This document shows positions 32,188-41,980 of a DNA stretch of 64,000 nt, piece by piece. Numbering within the stretch: position 1 is the first letter of the stretch; every line of letters starts with the position of its first letter. The notes under the pieces are model-generated. The model was not told where the DNA came from. It made no database searches and was given only the letters and a program-made list of their open reading frames with translations. Position numbers and translations under genes: made by a program. This DNA comes from an uncultured Chthonomonadaceae bacterium (lineage in GTDB: Bacteria; Armatimonadota; Chthonomonadetes; Chthonomonadales; Chthonomonadaceae): assembly GCA_963817895.1 (NCBI GenBank), contig CAWFQB010000005.1:192001-256000 (forward strand), in the 5' to 3' direction.

Positions 32188-33639
32188 ATGAAACAAACCG
32201 ATCCCCGCCACAATCAACAACCCGCTTTCCTGTCCCGCCGCGATATGCTGCGAACCTGCGGAACCGGCTTCGGCATGCTAGGTTTAGCAAGTTTGCTATC
32301 CAGCGAATCGAAGGCTGCAGGAGCAGGACACTCTCAACCCTCACCCCCTCTTACCGGAAAAGCGCCCATGTATCCGGCGCGGTGCAAGAGGGTGATATTC
32401 CTGTTCATGGCGGGCGGGCCGTCGCATGTGGATACGTTCGATCCCAAGCCGCGCCTGATAACCGACAACGGCAAGCCGCTCCCCTTCGCCAAACCTTCGC
32501 TGGAGCGCACCAAAACCGGCAATCTCCTCGCGTCGCCATTCGGCTTCAAGAAGTACGGGCAGTCCGGCATTGAGGTGTCCGACCTGTTTCCCCATGTGGC
32601 GCGGCATGTGGATGACCTGTGCGTTATCCGCTCGATGGTGGCGGACAACATCAACCACAACGGCGCGTGTCTGCAAATGAACACGGGCGAACAGGCGTTT
32701 TCGCGCCCCAGTTTGGGTTCGTGGCTCACCTATGGGCTTGGCAGCGAAAACCAGAATCTGCCCGGTTTTATGGTTATCAGCCCCGCGCAGCCCGCGCAGG
32801 GCGCGCCCCTGTGGAGCAGCAGTTTTCTGCCCGCTACCTATCAGGGGACGCTGGTTTCCGACCTGAAAAACCCCATTGCCAACCTGACGCATCCCGGCCT
32901 GACGGACGGACAGCAGCGCGACCAACTGGATACTCTGCGCCAACTCAACGAACTGCATCACCAACAGCGTCCCGAAGACACGCAGCTTTCCGCCCGCATC
33001 GCCAGTTACGAACTTGCGTACCGGATGCAGATGCAGGCCCCCGAAGCGTTCGACGTGGGGAGTGAAAGCGCGGAAACCAAAAAACTGTACGGTATGGACG
33101 AGAAACCAACCGAGATTTTCGGTACGCAGTGTCTCATGGCGCGGCGGCTCGTGGAACGGGGCGTCCGATTCGTGCAGGTGTACCATACCGAAACCGCCAA
33201 ACGTTCCAGTTGCCAGTTGTGGGATCAGCACGGTGGCCTGAAAACGGAACTGCCCGCCAACTGCGTGGCAACCGACAAGCCTATCGCCGGACTGCTGGCC
33301 GATTTGAAAGCGCGGGGATTGCTGGAAGACACGCTTGTTATCTGGGGCGGCGAGTTCGGGCGGACGCCGACAGCCGAAAGTCAGGACGGGCGCGAGCATC
33401 ACCCGTTCGGCTTCACGATGTGGATGGCGGGGGGCGGCGTCAAGGGCGGAATCGTACACGGCGCGACCGATGACTTCGGCTGGCACGCCGCGCAGGACAT
33501 CGTTCACGTCCACGACCTCCACGCCACCATTCTGCACCTGATGGGACTTGACCACGAAAAACTCACGTACTTTTATGGAGGCCGTAATTATCGCCTGACG
33601 GACGTTTACGGGAAAGTTGTAAAAGAGATTCTGGCATGA
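32188..33639 (+). CDS. DUF1501 family protein with Tat signal
   Basis: SRRDML twin-arginine; IFLFMAGGPSHVDTFDPKP, GEFGRTP, HVHDLHATILH. Confidence 0.92.
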   Translation: MKQTDPRHNQQPAFLSRRDMLRTCGTGFGMLGLASLLSSESKAAGAGHSQPSPPLTGKAPMYPARCKRVIFLFMAGGPSHVDTFDPKPRLITDNGKPLPFAKPSLERTKTGNLLASPFGFKKYGQSGIEVSDLFPHVARHVDDLCVIRSMVADNINHNGACLQMNTGEQAFSRPSLGSWLTYGLGSENQNLPGFMVISPAQPAQGAPLWSSSFLPATYQGTLVSDLKNPIANLTHPGLTDGQQRDQLDTLRQLNELHHQQRPEDTQLSARIASYELAYRMQMQAPEAFDVGSESAETKKLYGMDEKPTEIFGTQCLMARRLVERGVRFVQVYHTETAKRSSCQLWDQHGGLKTELPANCVATDKPIAGLLADLKARGLLEDTLVIWGGEFGRTPTAESQDGREHHPFGFTMWMAGGGVKGGIVHGATDDFGWHAAQDIVHVHDLHATILHLMGLDHEKLTYFYGGRNYRLTDVYGKVVKEILA

Positions 33640-33657
33640 CCCTGTTACTCAAATGAG

Positions 33658-33698
33658 CAAAGTGCGCCCACATCAATCTATGTTGTGGGCGCGCTTTG
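33658..33698. terminator. Hairpin between convergent genes
   Basis: caaagtgcgcccaca...tgtgggcgcgctttg. Confidence 0.55.
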
Positions 33699-33739
33699 TT
33701 GTCTCTGATGAATAAGCCACTTGAATCTTGGACGAATCC

Positions 33740-33795
33740 ACGTCCGAAGGACGTTTAGCCACAGGCTACTCAGACGGGTACGTTCTCTGTACCCG
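33740..33795 (+). repeat. 56-bp REP-like unit, copy 4
   Basis: acgtccgaaggacgtttagccacaggctactcagacgggtacgttctctgtacccg. Confidence 0.88.
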
Positions 33796-33803
33796 GAAAT
33801 TTG

Positions 33804-34721
33804 CTACTTCGCGTCAGCCTTCTTGTCGTCCTTCTTCGCCGGCTTGTCTTTACCGTCGTCTTTGAGGAGGACAACAGACATTTCAGACGTGCTTTTCTTG
33901 CCGAAAATACCGCCTTCGCTTTCGGTTGTGGCAACCGCTTTAATCAGTTTGCCGGACGCGACTTCGAGGTTGCTGACGCCCGTTGTATGCGATTTGACAT
34001 CCAGTTTTTCGCCGGGATTGAACGGATTGTCCATAGAAACCTGGCTGTCGGATATGGTTTTAATTTTCAGCGTGGGTACGCCGTCTACGGTTTCCAGTCC
34101 CACCAGCGTAGCCGTGCCGGTCATGCTCAACGGGGCTTTCTCCCCGGCCTTCGGTTTGGCCGCGTCAATCTTCCACGTATCGCCGATTTTCACGGGCTTT
34201 GACGGGTACAAACCCGGCTGCGTGACGCTGTTGAGCATTTGCGCGCCCGGTCCCTGCGTGACCTGTGGCCCGCCACCCTCGATTTTGGTTGTCAGGATAT
34301 GTCCCGTCTTGTCTACGGTTGTCGTGACCGTCGGCATCTGCGAGGTCATGTCCTGATCCAGTTCATTGAATTTCACGCTGGCGGATTCAAACTCGCCCAG
34401 CAGCGTGGCTGTGCCGTCCGGGGTGACGCTTTGCACCGTCTCTTTTTGCAGCAGCGTCGTCACAATGTTCACATCCCCGCCCGCCGCGGGAATGTTTCCT
34501 TTGATGTTTACTTCGATTTTGTAGCGGTTCGTTTGTTTGGCGGTGTAAGCGCGCGCGATGGTATAGGTTTTGTCGCCGGCTTTCGCCGCGTCGGCGTCCT
34601 GAAGCGCCAGAGTAGGACGGGCGGCCAGTGTCAGCGCGCCGGTGAGCAGCACGGGAACAAGCGCGAACGCGCTTCCAACAGAAAGGGCGCGGTTATTCGC
34701 GCGTGAAAACAGGGTCGGCAT
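33804..34721 (-). CDS. Secreted hypothetical beta-rich protein
   Basis: Signal-peptide-like N-terminus; PSKPVKIGDTWK motif; Lys/Asp-rich tail. Confidence 0.65.
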   Translation of the reverse strand: MPTLFSRANNRALSVGSAFALVPVLLTGALTLAARPTLALQDADAAKAGDKTYTIARAYTAKQTNRYKIEVNIKGNIPAAGGDVNIVTTLLQKETVQSVTPDGTATLLGEFESASVKFNELDQDMTSQMPTVTTTVDKTGHILTTKIEGGGPQVTQGPGAQMLNSVTQPGLYPSKPVKIGDTWKIDAAKPKAGEKAPLSMTGTATLVGLETVDGVPTLKIKTISDSQVSMDNPFNPGEKLDVKSHTTGVSNLEVASGKLIKAVATTESEGGIFGKKSTSEMSVVLLKDDGKDKPAKKDDKKADAK

Positions 34722-34825
34722 CGAAAATTCTCCTCGGATCAGCATGGCAAATGCAGCGAACAAACGCCGCTTTATAGGAATATGATACATCATTTTCAGG
34801 AATCTTGCGGCGCGGCAACCCTGTG

Positions 34826-35704
34826 TCAGGGAAGCAGGCTCGAATCAGCAGACGAGGCGGGAGGCAGCGCCGTTTCACTATCTGTGGATGGCGCGGCAGG
34901 CGGAACCGGTGAAGACCGCAGGGGACGCAGCGCGAACAGCATGGGGCGGCCTGTGACGGGATTGCGGCCCACCTGCGCTTCGCCCCCGTATGCTGTTCGC
35001 AGATGCTCCGGCAGCAGGGTTTCTTCAGCCGTACCCTGCGCCAGTATCTGCCCGTCGCGCATCAGTATCAGCCGGTCACAAAACTCCGCCGCCTGATTTA
35101 GATCGTGCAGGGCGGCAAGCGCGCCGACAGGCTTGTTCGCGTCTCGCGTGATGGCCCGCGTCCGTTCCAGCAGTTCCACCTGATGCGTGATGTCGAGATG
35201 CGCGGTCGGCTCGTCCAGTAGGAGGAGGGGCGTTTGCTGCGCCAGTCCCCGCGCCAGCAACACGCGCCGATGTTCCCCGCCCGACAGTTCCATAATGGAA
35301 CGCGCTTTCAAATGCGTAATGTCCACCTCTTCCAGCGCGCGTTCCACAATCGCGTAATCTTCGGGAGTTGGTCCGCGCCGTCCCTGCCGGTGTGGAAATC
35401 GCCCCATCAAAACAACATCCTGCACCGTGAATTCAAATGCCGCTGTTTCCTGCTGCGGCACGAAGGCAACGCGCCGCGCAATGTCTCGACTGGCAAATTC
35501 CGTCAGCCGCCGCCCCTCCAGCCACACGCTGCCGATTCGCGGACGCAGCACGCCTGACAGCAGGCGCAGCAACGTGGATTTGCCGCACCCGTTAGGCCCG
35601 ATCAACCCGACAAACTCGCCCGACGCGACGGCAAGGCTGACATCGCGCACAACGTCCTTGCTTCCATATCCCCCGGTTACGCTCCGCGCTTCCAATCGCA
35701 TCAT
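34826..35704 (-). CDS. Iron-siderophore/cobalamin-type ABC transporter ATP-binding protein
   Basis: GPNGCGKST, LSGGEHRR, LLLDEPTAHLD, LHDLNQA. Confidence 0.9.
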   Translation of the reverse strand: MMRLEARSVTGGYGSKDVVRDVSLAVASGEFVGLIGPNGCGKSTLLRLLSGVLRPRIGSVWLEGRRLTEFASRDIARRVAFVPQQETAAFEFTVQDVVLMGRFPHRQGRRGPTPEDYAIVERALEEVDITHLKARSIMELSGGEHRRVLLARGLAQQTPLLLLDEPTAHLDITHQVELLERTRAITRDANKPVGALAALHDLNQAAEFCDRLILMRDGQILAQGTAEETLLPEHLRTAYGGEAQVGRNPVTGRPMLFALRPLRSSPVPPAAPSTDSETALPPASSADSSLLP

Positions 35705-35722
35705 GTTTATGAGTATACCAGC

Positions 35723-35839
35723 AGGAGTAGGTTGTTGAGTTGTTAGGTTGTTAGTTGTGAGGCGCTACAAACAAGTATAGCCCCTGAAACCATATTAACC
35801 TAACAACCTAACAACCTAACAACTCAACAACCTACTCCT
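35723..35839. repeat. Palindromic (GGTTGTTA)n...(TAACAACC)n element; contains the stop of the BadF-type gene
   Basis: Arms at about 35723-35762 and 35797-35839. Confidence 0.88.
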
Positions 35840-36824
35840 TAAACATAGAATGTGGATGGACACGCAAACGGGTTATGATAACTTCGTCGGGGGCGATGTT
35901 GATTTGTTTCAGTGCCAGCAGAATGGCTCCGGCAGATGAGGACAGGACAGGCGTTGCCAGATGATACGTGTTCGGGGCGCAGGCATACAGATGTTCGGCG
36001 ACGGCCTGCTGCATGTACGGACTGCGGGCCGCGCTGCCGATCAGCGCAACCGAAATGGGGCGCAGAGCAAACCCGGCTCCGAGCAGACGAATGCTGACGC
36101 TGATCTGCTCTGCGGCTTCCCGGCAAACAGCGCGGGGCAGGGGCGCTCCCGCCTGCGCGAATTGCGTGACAAGGGGAGCCATGCGGCCCCATTTGTGAAT
36201 CTTGTCCGTCCACGCCTGCGCGCCCCACAGGGACGCGGCCTGCCACAGTTCTGCAACGCTTGCCGCTTCCCAGAAGTGCAGGACGGCCTGCGCGAACGCG
36301 CCGTCCTCCTGTCCATAGTCGCCCGCGAGAAGCCGATGCAGGCAGCGCAATGTCAGGGCGCGGGCGGCGGTGTCCGCGTACTGGTTGAAATCATAGTTGC
36401 GCAGTTCGCGCCCGGTTTCGTTGACGCCGAAAGTGATGGCTCCCGTGCCTGCGATCACAATGATGCCGGGTTGGGAAAGCAATGCGCCCGCATGGGCTAC
36501 AACCGAGTCGTTGACGTGAAGGCGCGGCCCACCCATCGCGTCATTGTGGGTCAGGCGTTGCGCCCACTCCTGATCTTCGGGTTTGTCCAATCCCGCCAGT
36601 CCCGCGACGAGGGCGCGAACATCGGCAAGGCTGCGCCCCGCATGGTCCAGCGCGGCCTGCGCTGCCGTTTGCAGATGCCGACGCGCATCCTCTTCCCGAT
36701 TGTGAGAAACGCTTGCGCCGCCCGCTTCGGCGTACCCAAGCGGCTGCCCGTCCAGCCCGCAGCACAATGCCCGCGTCACGGTTCCGCCCCCGTCAAGTCC
36801 GACAACAACACCGCGCTCGTCCAT
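35832..36824 (-). CDS. BadF/BadG/BcrA/BcrD ATPase family (GlcNAc-kinase-like)
   Basis: GLDGGGTVT, GLAGLD, VNDSVVA, IAGTGA. Confidence 0.82.
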   Translation of the reverse strand: MDERGVVVGLDGGGTVTRALCCGLDGQPLGYAEAGGASVSHNREEDARRHLQTAAQAALDHAGRSLADVRALVAGLAGLDKPEDQEWAQRLTHNDAMGGPRLHVNDSVVAHAGALLSQPGIIVIAGTGAITFGVNETGRELRNYDFNQYADTAARALTLRCLHRLLAGDYGQEDGAFAQAVLHFWEAASVAELWQAASLWGAQAWTDKIHKWGRMAPLVTQFAQAGAPLPRAVCREAAEQISVSIRLLGAGFALRPISVALIGSAARSPYMQQAVAEHLYACAPNTYHLATPVLSSSAGAILLALKQINIAPDEVIITRLRVHPHSMFKE

Positions 36825-36839
36825 GCGTCGCTTTCTCTC

Positions 36840-37043
36840 CTATTTGTCCTGCGGGGTTGAGGGCGCAGGCGTACCGGATTTCGGGGCGGATTTCGGTTTG
36901 ACGGTTCCATGTGGCGCGGAGGGTTCGGGCGCATCCAGCGCGTCCTCGGCTTTATGCAGCGAACCGATATACGCATTGATGCCCAGTGCGCCGGCAAGGA
37001 TGACTGCCAGCAGAACGATAATTATCTTCGCGTTTTTGCCCAT
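36840..37043 (-). CDS. Small membrane-anchored hypothetical protein
   Basis: GAGGGAGG RBS upstream; N-terminal hydrophobic helix; co-directional with the next gene. Confidence 0.6.
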   Translation of the reverse strand: MGKNAKIIIVLLAVILAGALGINAYIGSLHKAEDALDAPEPSAPHGTVKPKSAPKSGTPAPSTPQDK

Positions 37044-37290
37044 CGCGGTTTGCCTCCCTCAAATAAATCAAAAATAAAAACAGTGGAGTGTGATGCTTCA
37101 GAATACCTCAAAACCTCTGCATGAATGTTGCGACATTCCATATCGCCAAATTAGGCCCTGTTCCACGCCGCGTGTGCTACAATATCTTTTGCCTGAATCC
37201 TCAAAGCAACCATCTCCCCTTGCCCATGCTTTTTTGGGAGAGGGGCCGGGGTGAGGGCCTTATTCAAACTTGCTTTAGGAATTTGAACTT

Positions 37291-40071
37291 ATGCCCTCTC
37301 TGACAGAAGCGATTTACAGCCTGCCGACGGAACGCCTGCGCAAACTGGTGCAGGCGCGGCGGCTGGACGCGAAAAAACTCGCGCTGATTCCCAACAAACG
37401 ACAACTGGCGCAGTTTCTCAGCGGTGAATTGAACAAGCCCGTCTCGGTCTCGGAAGCCATTACGCAGTGCAACGCCCGCGAACTCCGCCTGCTGCAACTG
37501 CTGATGGTGACGGAACTCGGTCAGGCGATGTCGTGGGAGAAACTGCTGGAGATGGCGGGCGGCGCGGCTCTCAACGATGCTATCGGCGCGGTCATGGCGC
37601 GGCTGGAAGAGCTGGGACTGGCGTTTCGAGTAGGCAAAAACGTCCTGATGCCCGACCCTGTGCGCTCCTATGTGCCGGCTTCCCTGTCGGACCGCTACAC
37701 GCTGGAACGCTGTCTGGAACAGTACGACGCGATCAGTCTCAAACGCATTTGCGCCACTCTGGGATTGCCGCAGGACACCAAGCCGATCAACATCAGGGCC
37801 ATCAAAGCGGTTCTGCTGGAACCCAACGGCATCGCGAGCATGAAAAAACCGCTGACGGAAGACGAAGTGGCGGTGCTTGAGTTCATCATGCAATCCAACG
37901 GGGACGCGACGGCTCTGGAAGTGGCGACGGTCGTGCTGAAGGGACAAACGGAAGATTTCTTTCGCTACGACTGGCAAAACCGCTGGAAAATGGGCAATGA
38001 GCGCAACGCCATTGACACCCTTCTGGCGCGGGGTATCCTGCATGTCGTCGCGTATGGCTATGGCTACAATCTGTTTCTGATTATACCCGGCGACCTGCTG
38101 CGGGTTCTGGCGGGCGGCGGCGACATGACTTTCTGGACCGCGCCGCCCCTCGCGCCGGTTCCCCTGAAAGCGCCCCCGGATTATACCACGCGGCATCCGG
38201 GCCTGCTGCGCGATGTGGTGAGTTTAATGGGGTTTGTCAGCGTTCAGGACGCCGCGCGAACGAGTACTGGTCATATCCATAAAACAAGTTTGAAAAATCT
38301 GGCGCGGACGCTGAGTATTCCCGAAGAGCGCTATGCCAGTTTCCTGTACGCCGTGTGCCGCGAATCGGGCCTGGTTTCCGCGCAAACCGAACGGCAGGTT
38401 TATAAAATGACGGATACGGGCGCGTCGTGGCTGCATTGGGACAGCCTGACGCAACTCCAAACCCTCGCGGACGCCTGGCGCAAAGGCATGTTGTGGAGCG
38501 AGATGTACAACGACCCGCTGCATAAAGCCAACGATTACCGTTCACAGGAGGCCGTTGTTCGGATGCGGCAGTCCGCGCTCAGTATCGTCGTCCAGACGCC
38601 CCCGCAAAACGCCCCGTCAGGCGTTGCCGCACCCATCACCGCAACCGGCAAAGCCGTCGGGGGTAAGGCTGCGGCAGGGAAAGTCTCTGCGGCACAAACC
38701 GCGCCCCTCGCCGCGCCAACGACAGAAAGCGCCGCGCCCCCGGCAACAAACGACACGGACGCGCTGTTCTACAATCTGGATTCCATTACGGAAACGCTGG
38801 CGTTCCAAACGCCCCTCCTGCTGGCGCAAAGCGCGTCTATGGGACCCGATCTGGTTCCCGCGCCCAACGTGTTTATCCGCCTGCTCGTGTGCGAGTGCCT
38901 GTACTGGCTCGGCCTGGTGGAACTGGCGGGGGAGGGGAGCAGGGAGCAGGGAACAGGGAACAGGGAAGAGCTGCAATCGGCAATCGGCAATCGAAAATCG
39001 TCAGTAGAGAATTCCTCAACTCGTGGCGCAGCCGGTCAGAAGCAAATGTTGCCGCAGGCCGAGGGGTACCGCCTGACGCCGATGGGAAGGTTTTTGCTGG
39101 GCGTAGAGGGCGCGGCGACGCCCCCGCCCGATCCTCGCGAAGACCAGCTTATCGTGCAGGCGAACGGCGAGATATTTCTGTCGCCCTATCTGGAACCCGC
39201 CACTCTGTACCATCTGCTTGCCATGACTGACCCGCCCGCGAAGGGAGGAACGGGCAACACGGTCAGCCTGACACGCGAAAGCATCCGCCGCTGTCTGGAT
39301 CAGGGCGCGAACACGCGAGACATTCTGGCGTTTTTGCAGGCGCATGCGCGAACGGGGATTCCGCAAAACGTGGAATACCTCATCAACGACGTGGGCGGCA
39401 AGCATGGTCATATCCACATCGGCAGGGCGCAAATGTACGTGCAGGTGGATACGCCCCTGTTGCTCAAAGAACTGGAAGCCCGCCGGGAACTGAAGCCCTA
39501 TTTCGTGCGCAGCCTGAGCGATACCGTCGCCATTTTGAAGGCGGACGATCCCGATAAGCTGCTGCGCGAACTCCGCAAAGCCGGGTATCTGCCCGTTTCC
39601 GACGATGAAACGCCGCGCACCGCGCTGAACCTCAAACCCAAACCCGCGCCGCCCGCCGCGCCCCCGATCACGCATGTAGACGACAAGAGGACCAACCGCC
39701 CCGCCAAAGCGGATGCCACTCTGGATTGGGATCGTATTGCGCAGGAGGATGGCAAGCCCTGGGAGAAAGGCAACACGGCGTCCACAGCCATTGTCGCCAA
39801 CAGCGGCGGACCCACTACCGGAACCACCAGCAACCTGGTACGCAATCAAACCCTGATAAAAACCCTGCTGATGCAGGCCAGCAAAACCAATACCGTTGTT
39901 GAAATCGAATATCTGGAAATGGGCAAGCCTACTCTGGCCCGCCGCGAAGTGGAACCGGAGCGCGTCATTGGCGGCATCCTCAGCGCGTATGACCGCCTGA
40001 CCGGAGAGCATCAAAACTTCAACATCTCCCGCATCCAGTGGGCGCGCCTGACCGGAGAAATATTCGAGTGA
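37291..40071 (+). CDS. XPB-type helicase-associated (Helicase_C_3) domain protein with C-terminal WYL-like domain
   Basis: IVQANGEI...LTRESIRRCLDQG...FLQAHARTGIPQNVEYLINDV; C-terminal VEIEY...RREVEP...AYDRLTGEHQNFNISRI. Confidence 0.78.
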   Translation: MPSLTEAIYSLPTERLRKLVQARRLDAKKLALIPNKRQLAQFLSGELNKPVSVSEAITQCNARELRLLQLLMVTELGQAMSWEKLLEMAGGAALNDAIGAVMARLEELGLAFRVGKNVLMPDPVRSYVPASLSDRYTLERCLEQYDAISLKRICATLGLPQDTKPINIRAIKAVLLEPNGIASMKKPLTEDEVAVLEFIMQSNGDATALEVATVVLKGQTEDFFRYDWQNRWKMGNERNAIDTLLARGILHVVAYGYGYNLFLIIPGDLLRVLAGGGDMTFWTAPPLAPVPLKAPPDYTTRHPGLLRDVVSLMGFVSVQDAARTSTGHIHKTSLKNLARTLSIPEERYASFLYAVCRESGLVSAQTERQVYKMTDTGASWLHWDSLTQLQTLADAWRKGMLWSEMYNDPLHKANDYRSQEAVVRMRQSALSIVVQTPPQNAPSGVAAPITATGKAVGGKAAAGKVSAAQTAPLAAPTTESAAPPATNDTDALFYNLDSITETLAFQTPLLLAQSASMGPDLVPAPNVFIRLLVCECLYWLGLVELAGEGSREQGTGNREELQSAIGNRKSSVENSSTRGAAGQKQMLPQAEGYRLTPMGRFLLGVEGAATPPPDPREDQLIVQANGEIFLSPYLEPATLYHLLAMTDPPAKGGTGNTVSLTRESIRRCLDQGANTRDILAFLQAHARTGIPQNVEYLINDVGGKHGHIHIGRAQMYVQVDTPLLLKELEARRELKPYFVRSLSDTVAILKADDPDKLLRELRKAGYLPVSDDETPRTALNLKPKPAPPAAPPITHVDDKRTNRPAKADATLDWDRIAQEDGKPWEKGNTASTAIVANSGGPTTGTTSNLVRNQTLIKTLLMQASKTNTVVEIEYLEMGKPTLARREVEPERVIGGILSAYDRLTGEHQNFNISRIQWARLTGEIFE

Positions 40072-40075
40072 AAGA

Positions 40076-40184
40076 TAGGTTGTTAGTTGTCAGGTTGTTA
40101 GTTGTCAGGGGCAGGCTATCGGCTTTGCTCACATCTGCCAACTAAATGAACTAACAACCTGACAACTAACAACTAACAACCTAA
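40076..40184. repeat. Palindromic (GTTGTTAG/GTTGTCAG)n...(CTAACAAC)n element
   Basis: Arms at 40076-40109 and 40151-40184. Confidence 0.88.
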
Positions 40185-40293
40185 TCCGGGCGCAGATTAG
40201 CGTCTGCAACACGTATAAGTAGAAGGAAGACCAAGATTTACAGGGAGTAGGGCCGACATTAAGCGCGAAACAAAAAATATCTCTGCGCCACGC

Positions 40294-41097
40294 ATGACAA
40301 ACTGCCGAAAGTATGTTAGAATAAACGGCCTGTGTGGGAAAGAAGAAGAGAAGACAAGAGAAGACGAGAAGACGCAACGCATATCTTCATCCTTCATCCT
40401 TCATCCTTCATCCTTTGCTTTCACCCTGATCGAGTTGCTCGTGGTCATTGCCATCATTTCCATTCTGGCGGCGATTCTGTTTCCCGTCTTTGCGCAGGCG
40501 CGGGCAAAGGCGCGGCAAACAGCTTGCCTGTCCAACATGCGGCAGATGGGGTTTGCCGTGCAGATGTACGCGCAGGACGTGGATGAAACCCTGCCGCTGG
40601 CCGCAACCGCGACGGCAACAGGTTTTCTGAACTGGCACGACCTGCTGGATCCTTACGTAAAGAATAAACAGGTGTGGATTTGTCCCGACTCGCAATCGCC
40701 CATCGTGGACATCTACGGCAAGCCGGTCTGCCACTACGGCTGGAACGCCTATTACCTGAACCGGAACGGATTCAATCCGAACGTTCCGATAGATGTAAAC
40801 AACATCTACACGATCAACAACGCGCCCGGCGTGACGCTGGCCGAAGCTATGAAACCCGCGCATCTTGTGATAATGGGCGACAACCGGGGCATTGACGGCA
40901 AGATACCCGCCAACCATCTCAGCACCTATATGCTGCCGCCCTCGCAGCCGGATGCCGATTACTGGGGTCGCCCGGAACCGCGCCACACGGCAGGCGTGGT
41001 CGTCGGCCTGATGGACGGACACGTAAAGTGGTTTCATCCGGGTGGCTTTTACGTAGGGCAAAATCCTGCCGATGATTGGTTCGCGCTGAATCAGTGA
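40294..41097 (+). CDS. Prepilin-type N-terminal cleavage / DUF1559 / H-X9-DG protein (start uncertain)
   Basis: [52 protein letters not shown]. Confidence 0.88.
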   Translation: MTNCRKYVRINGLCGKEEEKTREDEKTQRISSSFILHPSSFAFTLIELLVVIAIISILAAILFPVFAQARAKARQTACLSNMRQMGFAVQMYAQDVDETLPLAATATATGFLNWHDLLDPYVKNKQVWICPDSQSPIVDIYGKPVCHYGWNAYYLNRNGFNPNVPIDVNNIYTINNAPGVTLAEAMKPAHLVIMGDNRGIDGKIPANHLSTYMLPPSQPDADYWGRPEPRHTAGVVVGLMDGHVKWFHPGGFYVGQNPADDWFALNQ

Positions 41098-41310
41098 GAG
41101 GGTGGTTGCGTCTATTAGTCCGTTAGTGTAGAACATAGAGGTATATTGGTAGGGGTTCTGCTTGCTGAACCCTCCTACAAAGGGCTAAACCCCCATAAAG
41201 GGCTGAACCATCCTCATATCAAGGCGCAGCAACCGTTCGCAGAGGGCGCAGCAGCTATGTTGGGCGCAGCAAGCAGCGCCCCTACCTTGATAGGGTACTA
41301 ACCACCCTCT
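41097..41310. repeat. MITE/REPIN-like element containing an inverted GTAG-type REP pair
   Basis: Outer 11-bp IR agagggtggtt/aaccaccctct; inner GTAGGGGTTCTGCTTGCTGAACCC (41149) versus GGGCGCAGCAAGCAGCGCCCCTAC (ends 41285). Confidence 0.7.
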
Positions 41311-41980
41311 TTATCATGTGGCAGGCAAAATAACGATAAAGAGAATAGCCCGCGTGTGGCGATAATAGAACAGGGCGTTCGCCGCGTCAAGCGTTCTGCC
41401 GGCGTGGATAAACGCCATTGAGTGGGTTGGGTTCGATATTGCGCATCGGGTGGGCAGGCAGTCGGATTGCCGGCTGCAAAAATATCTCTTCTGATTTTCA
41501 GAAGAAGCGCAAACAAGCAGGATTCGCGGGCATGGTCTGCGAAATAGGGACTCTCACACAGTTTTCTGAGGATGCAGGAGAAGTGGAGATGTTGATGCGA
41601 GACGGAATTCTCACAGGGGTCAATAACCCGGCGCAAAGCGGCAGGCTATGCGAACACTGCCGTCTGCGGCGCGTAAACAGAAAACGCCGTTTCGCATTGC
41701 GGGGCGCTACAGTCCTCCTTCAGCATCAGGACAATCGCGGCACAGGGAGCAAAAGCATGGCTTGACACGGAGACTACAATCCGGCTAACCGCCTGAAACT
41801 TTTCCCCACCGCGCCCTGTCCATTTGGAACAGGGCGTAATTTTTCCTCTTGCGGCTAATCCGCAATTGATTTTAACTATAAACTCCAACGGATTTTCTGC
41901 GCTGCCGGAAGCAAAAATATGGGAGCGACAGAGACATAAATGTTTGGAATTGAGCGCGAGAAAGAAGAAGGGAGGGCGCG

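Noticed and set aside
31366..33795. 56-bp repeats as a CRISPR array
   Set aside because: Irregular spacing, mixed orientation, whole genes between copies and no cas genes.
41298..41980. Short ORFs or an ncRNA upstream of the sigma gene (likewise 43100-43700)
   Set aside because: No recognisable protein motifs or RNA family features by eye; an Rfam search would be needed.
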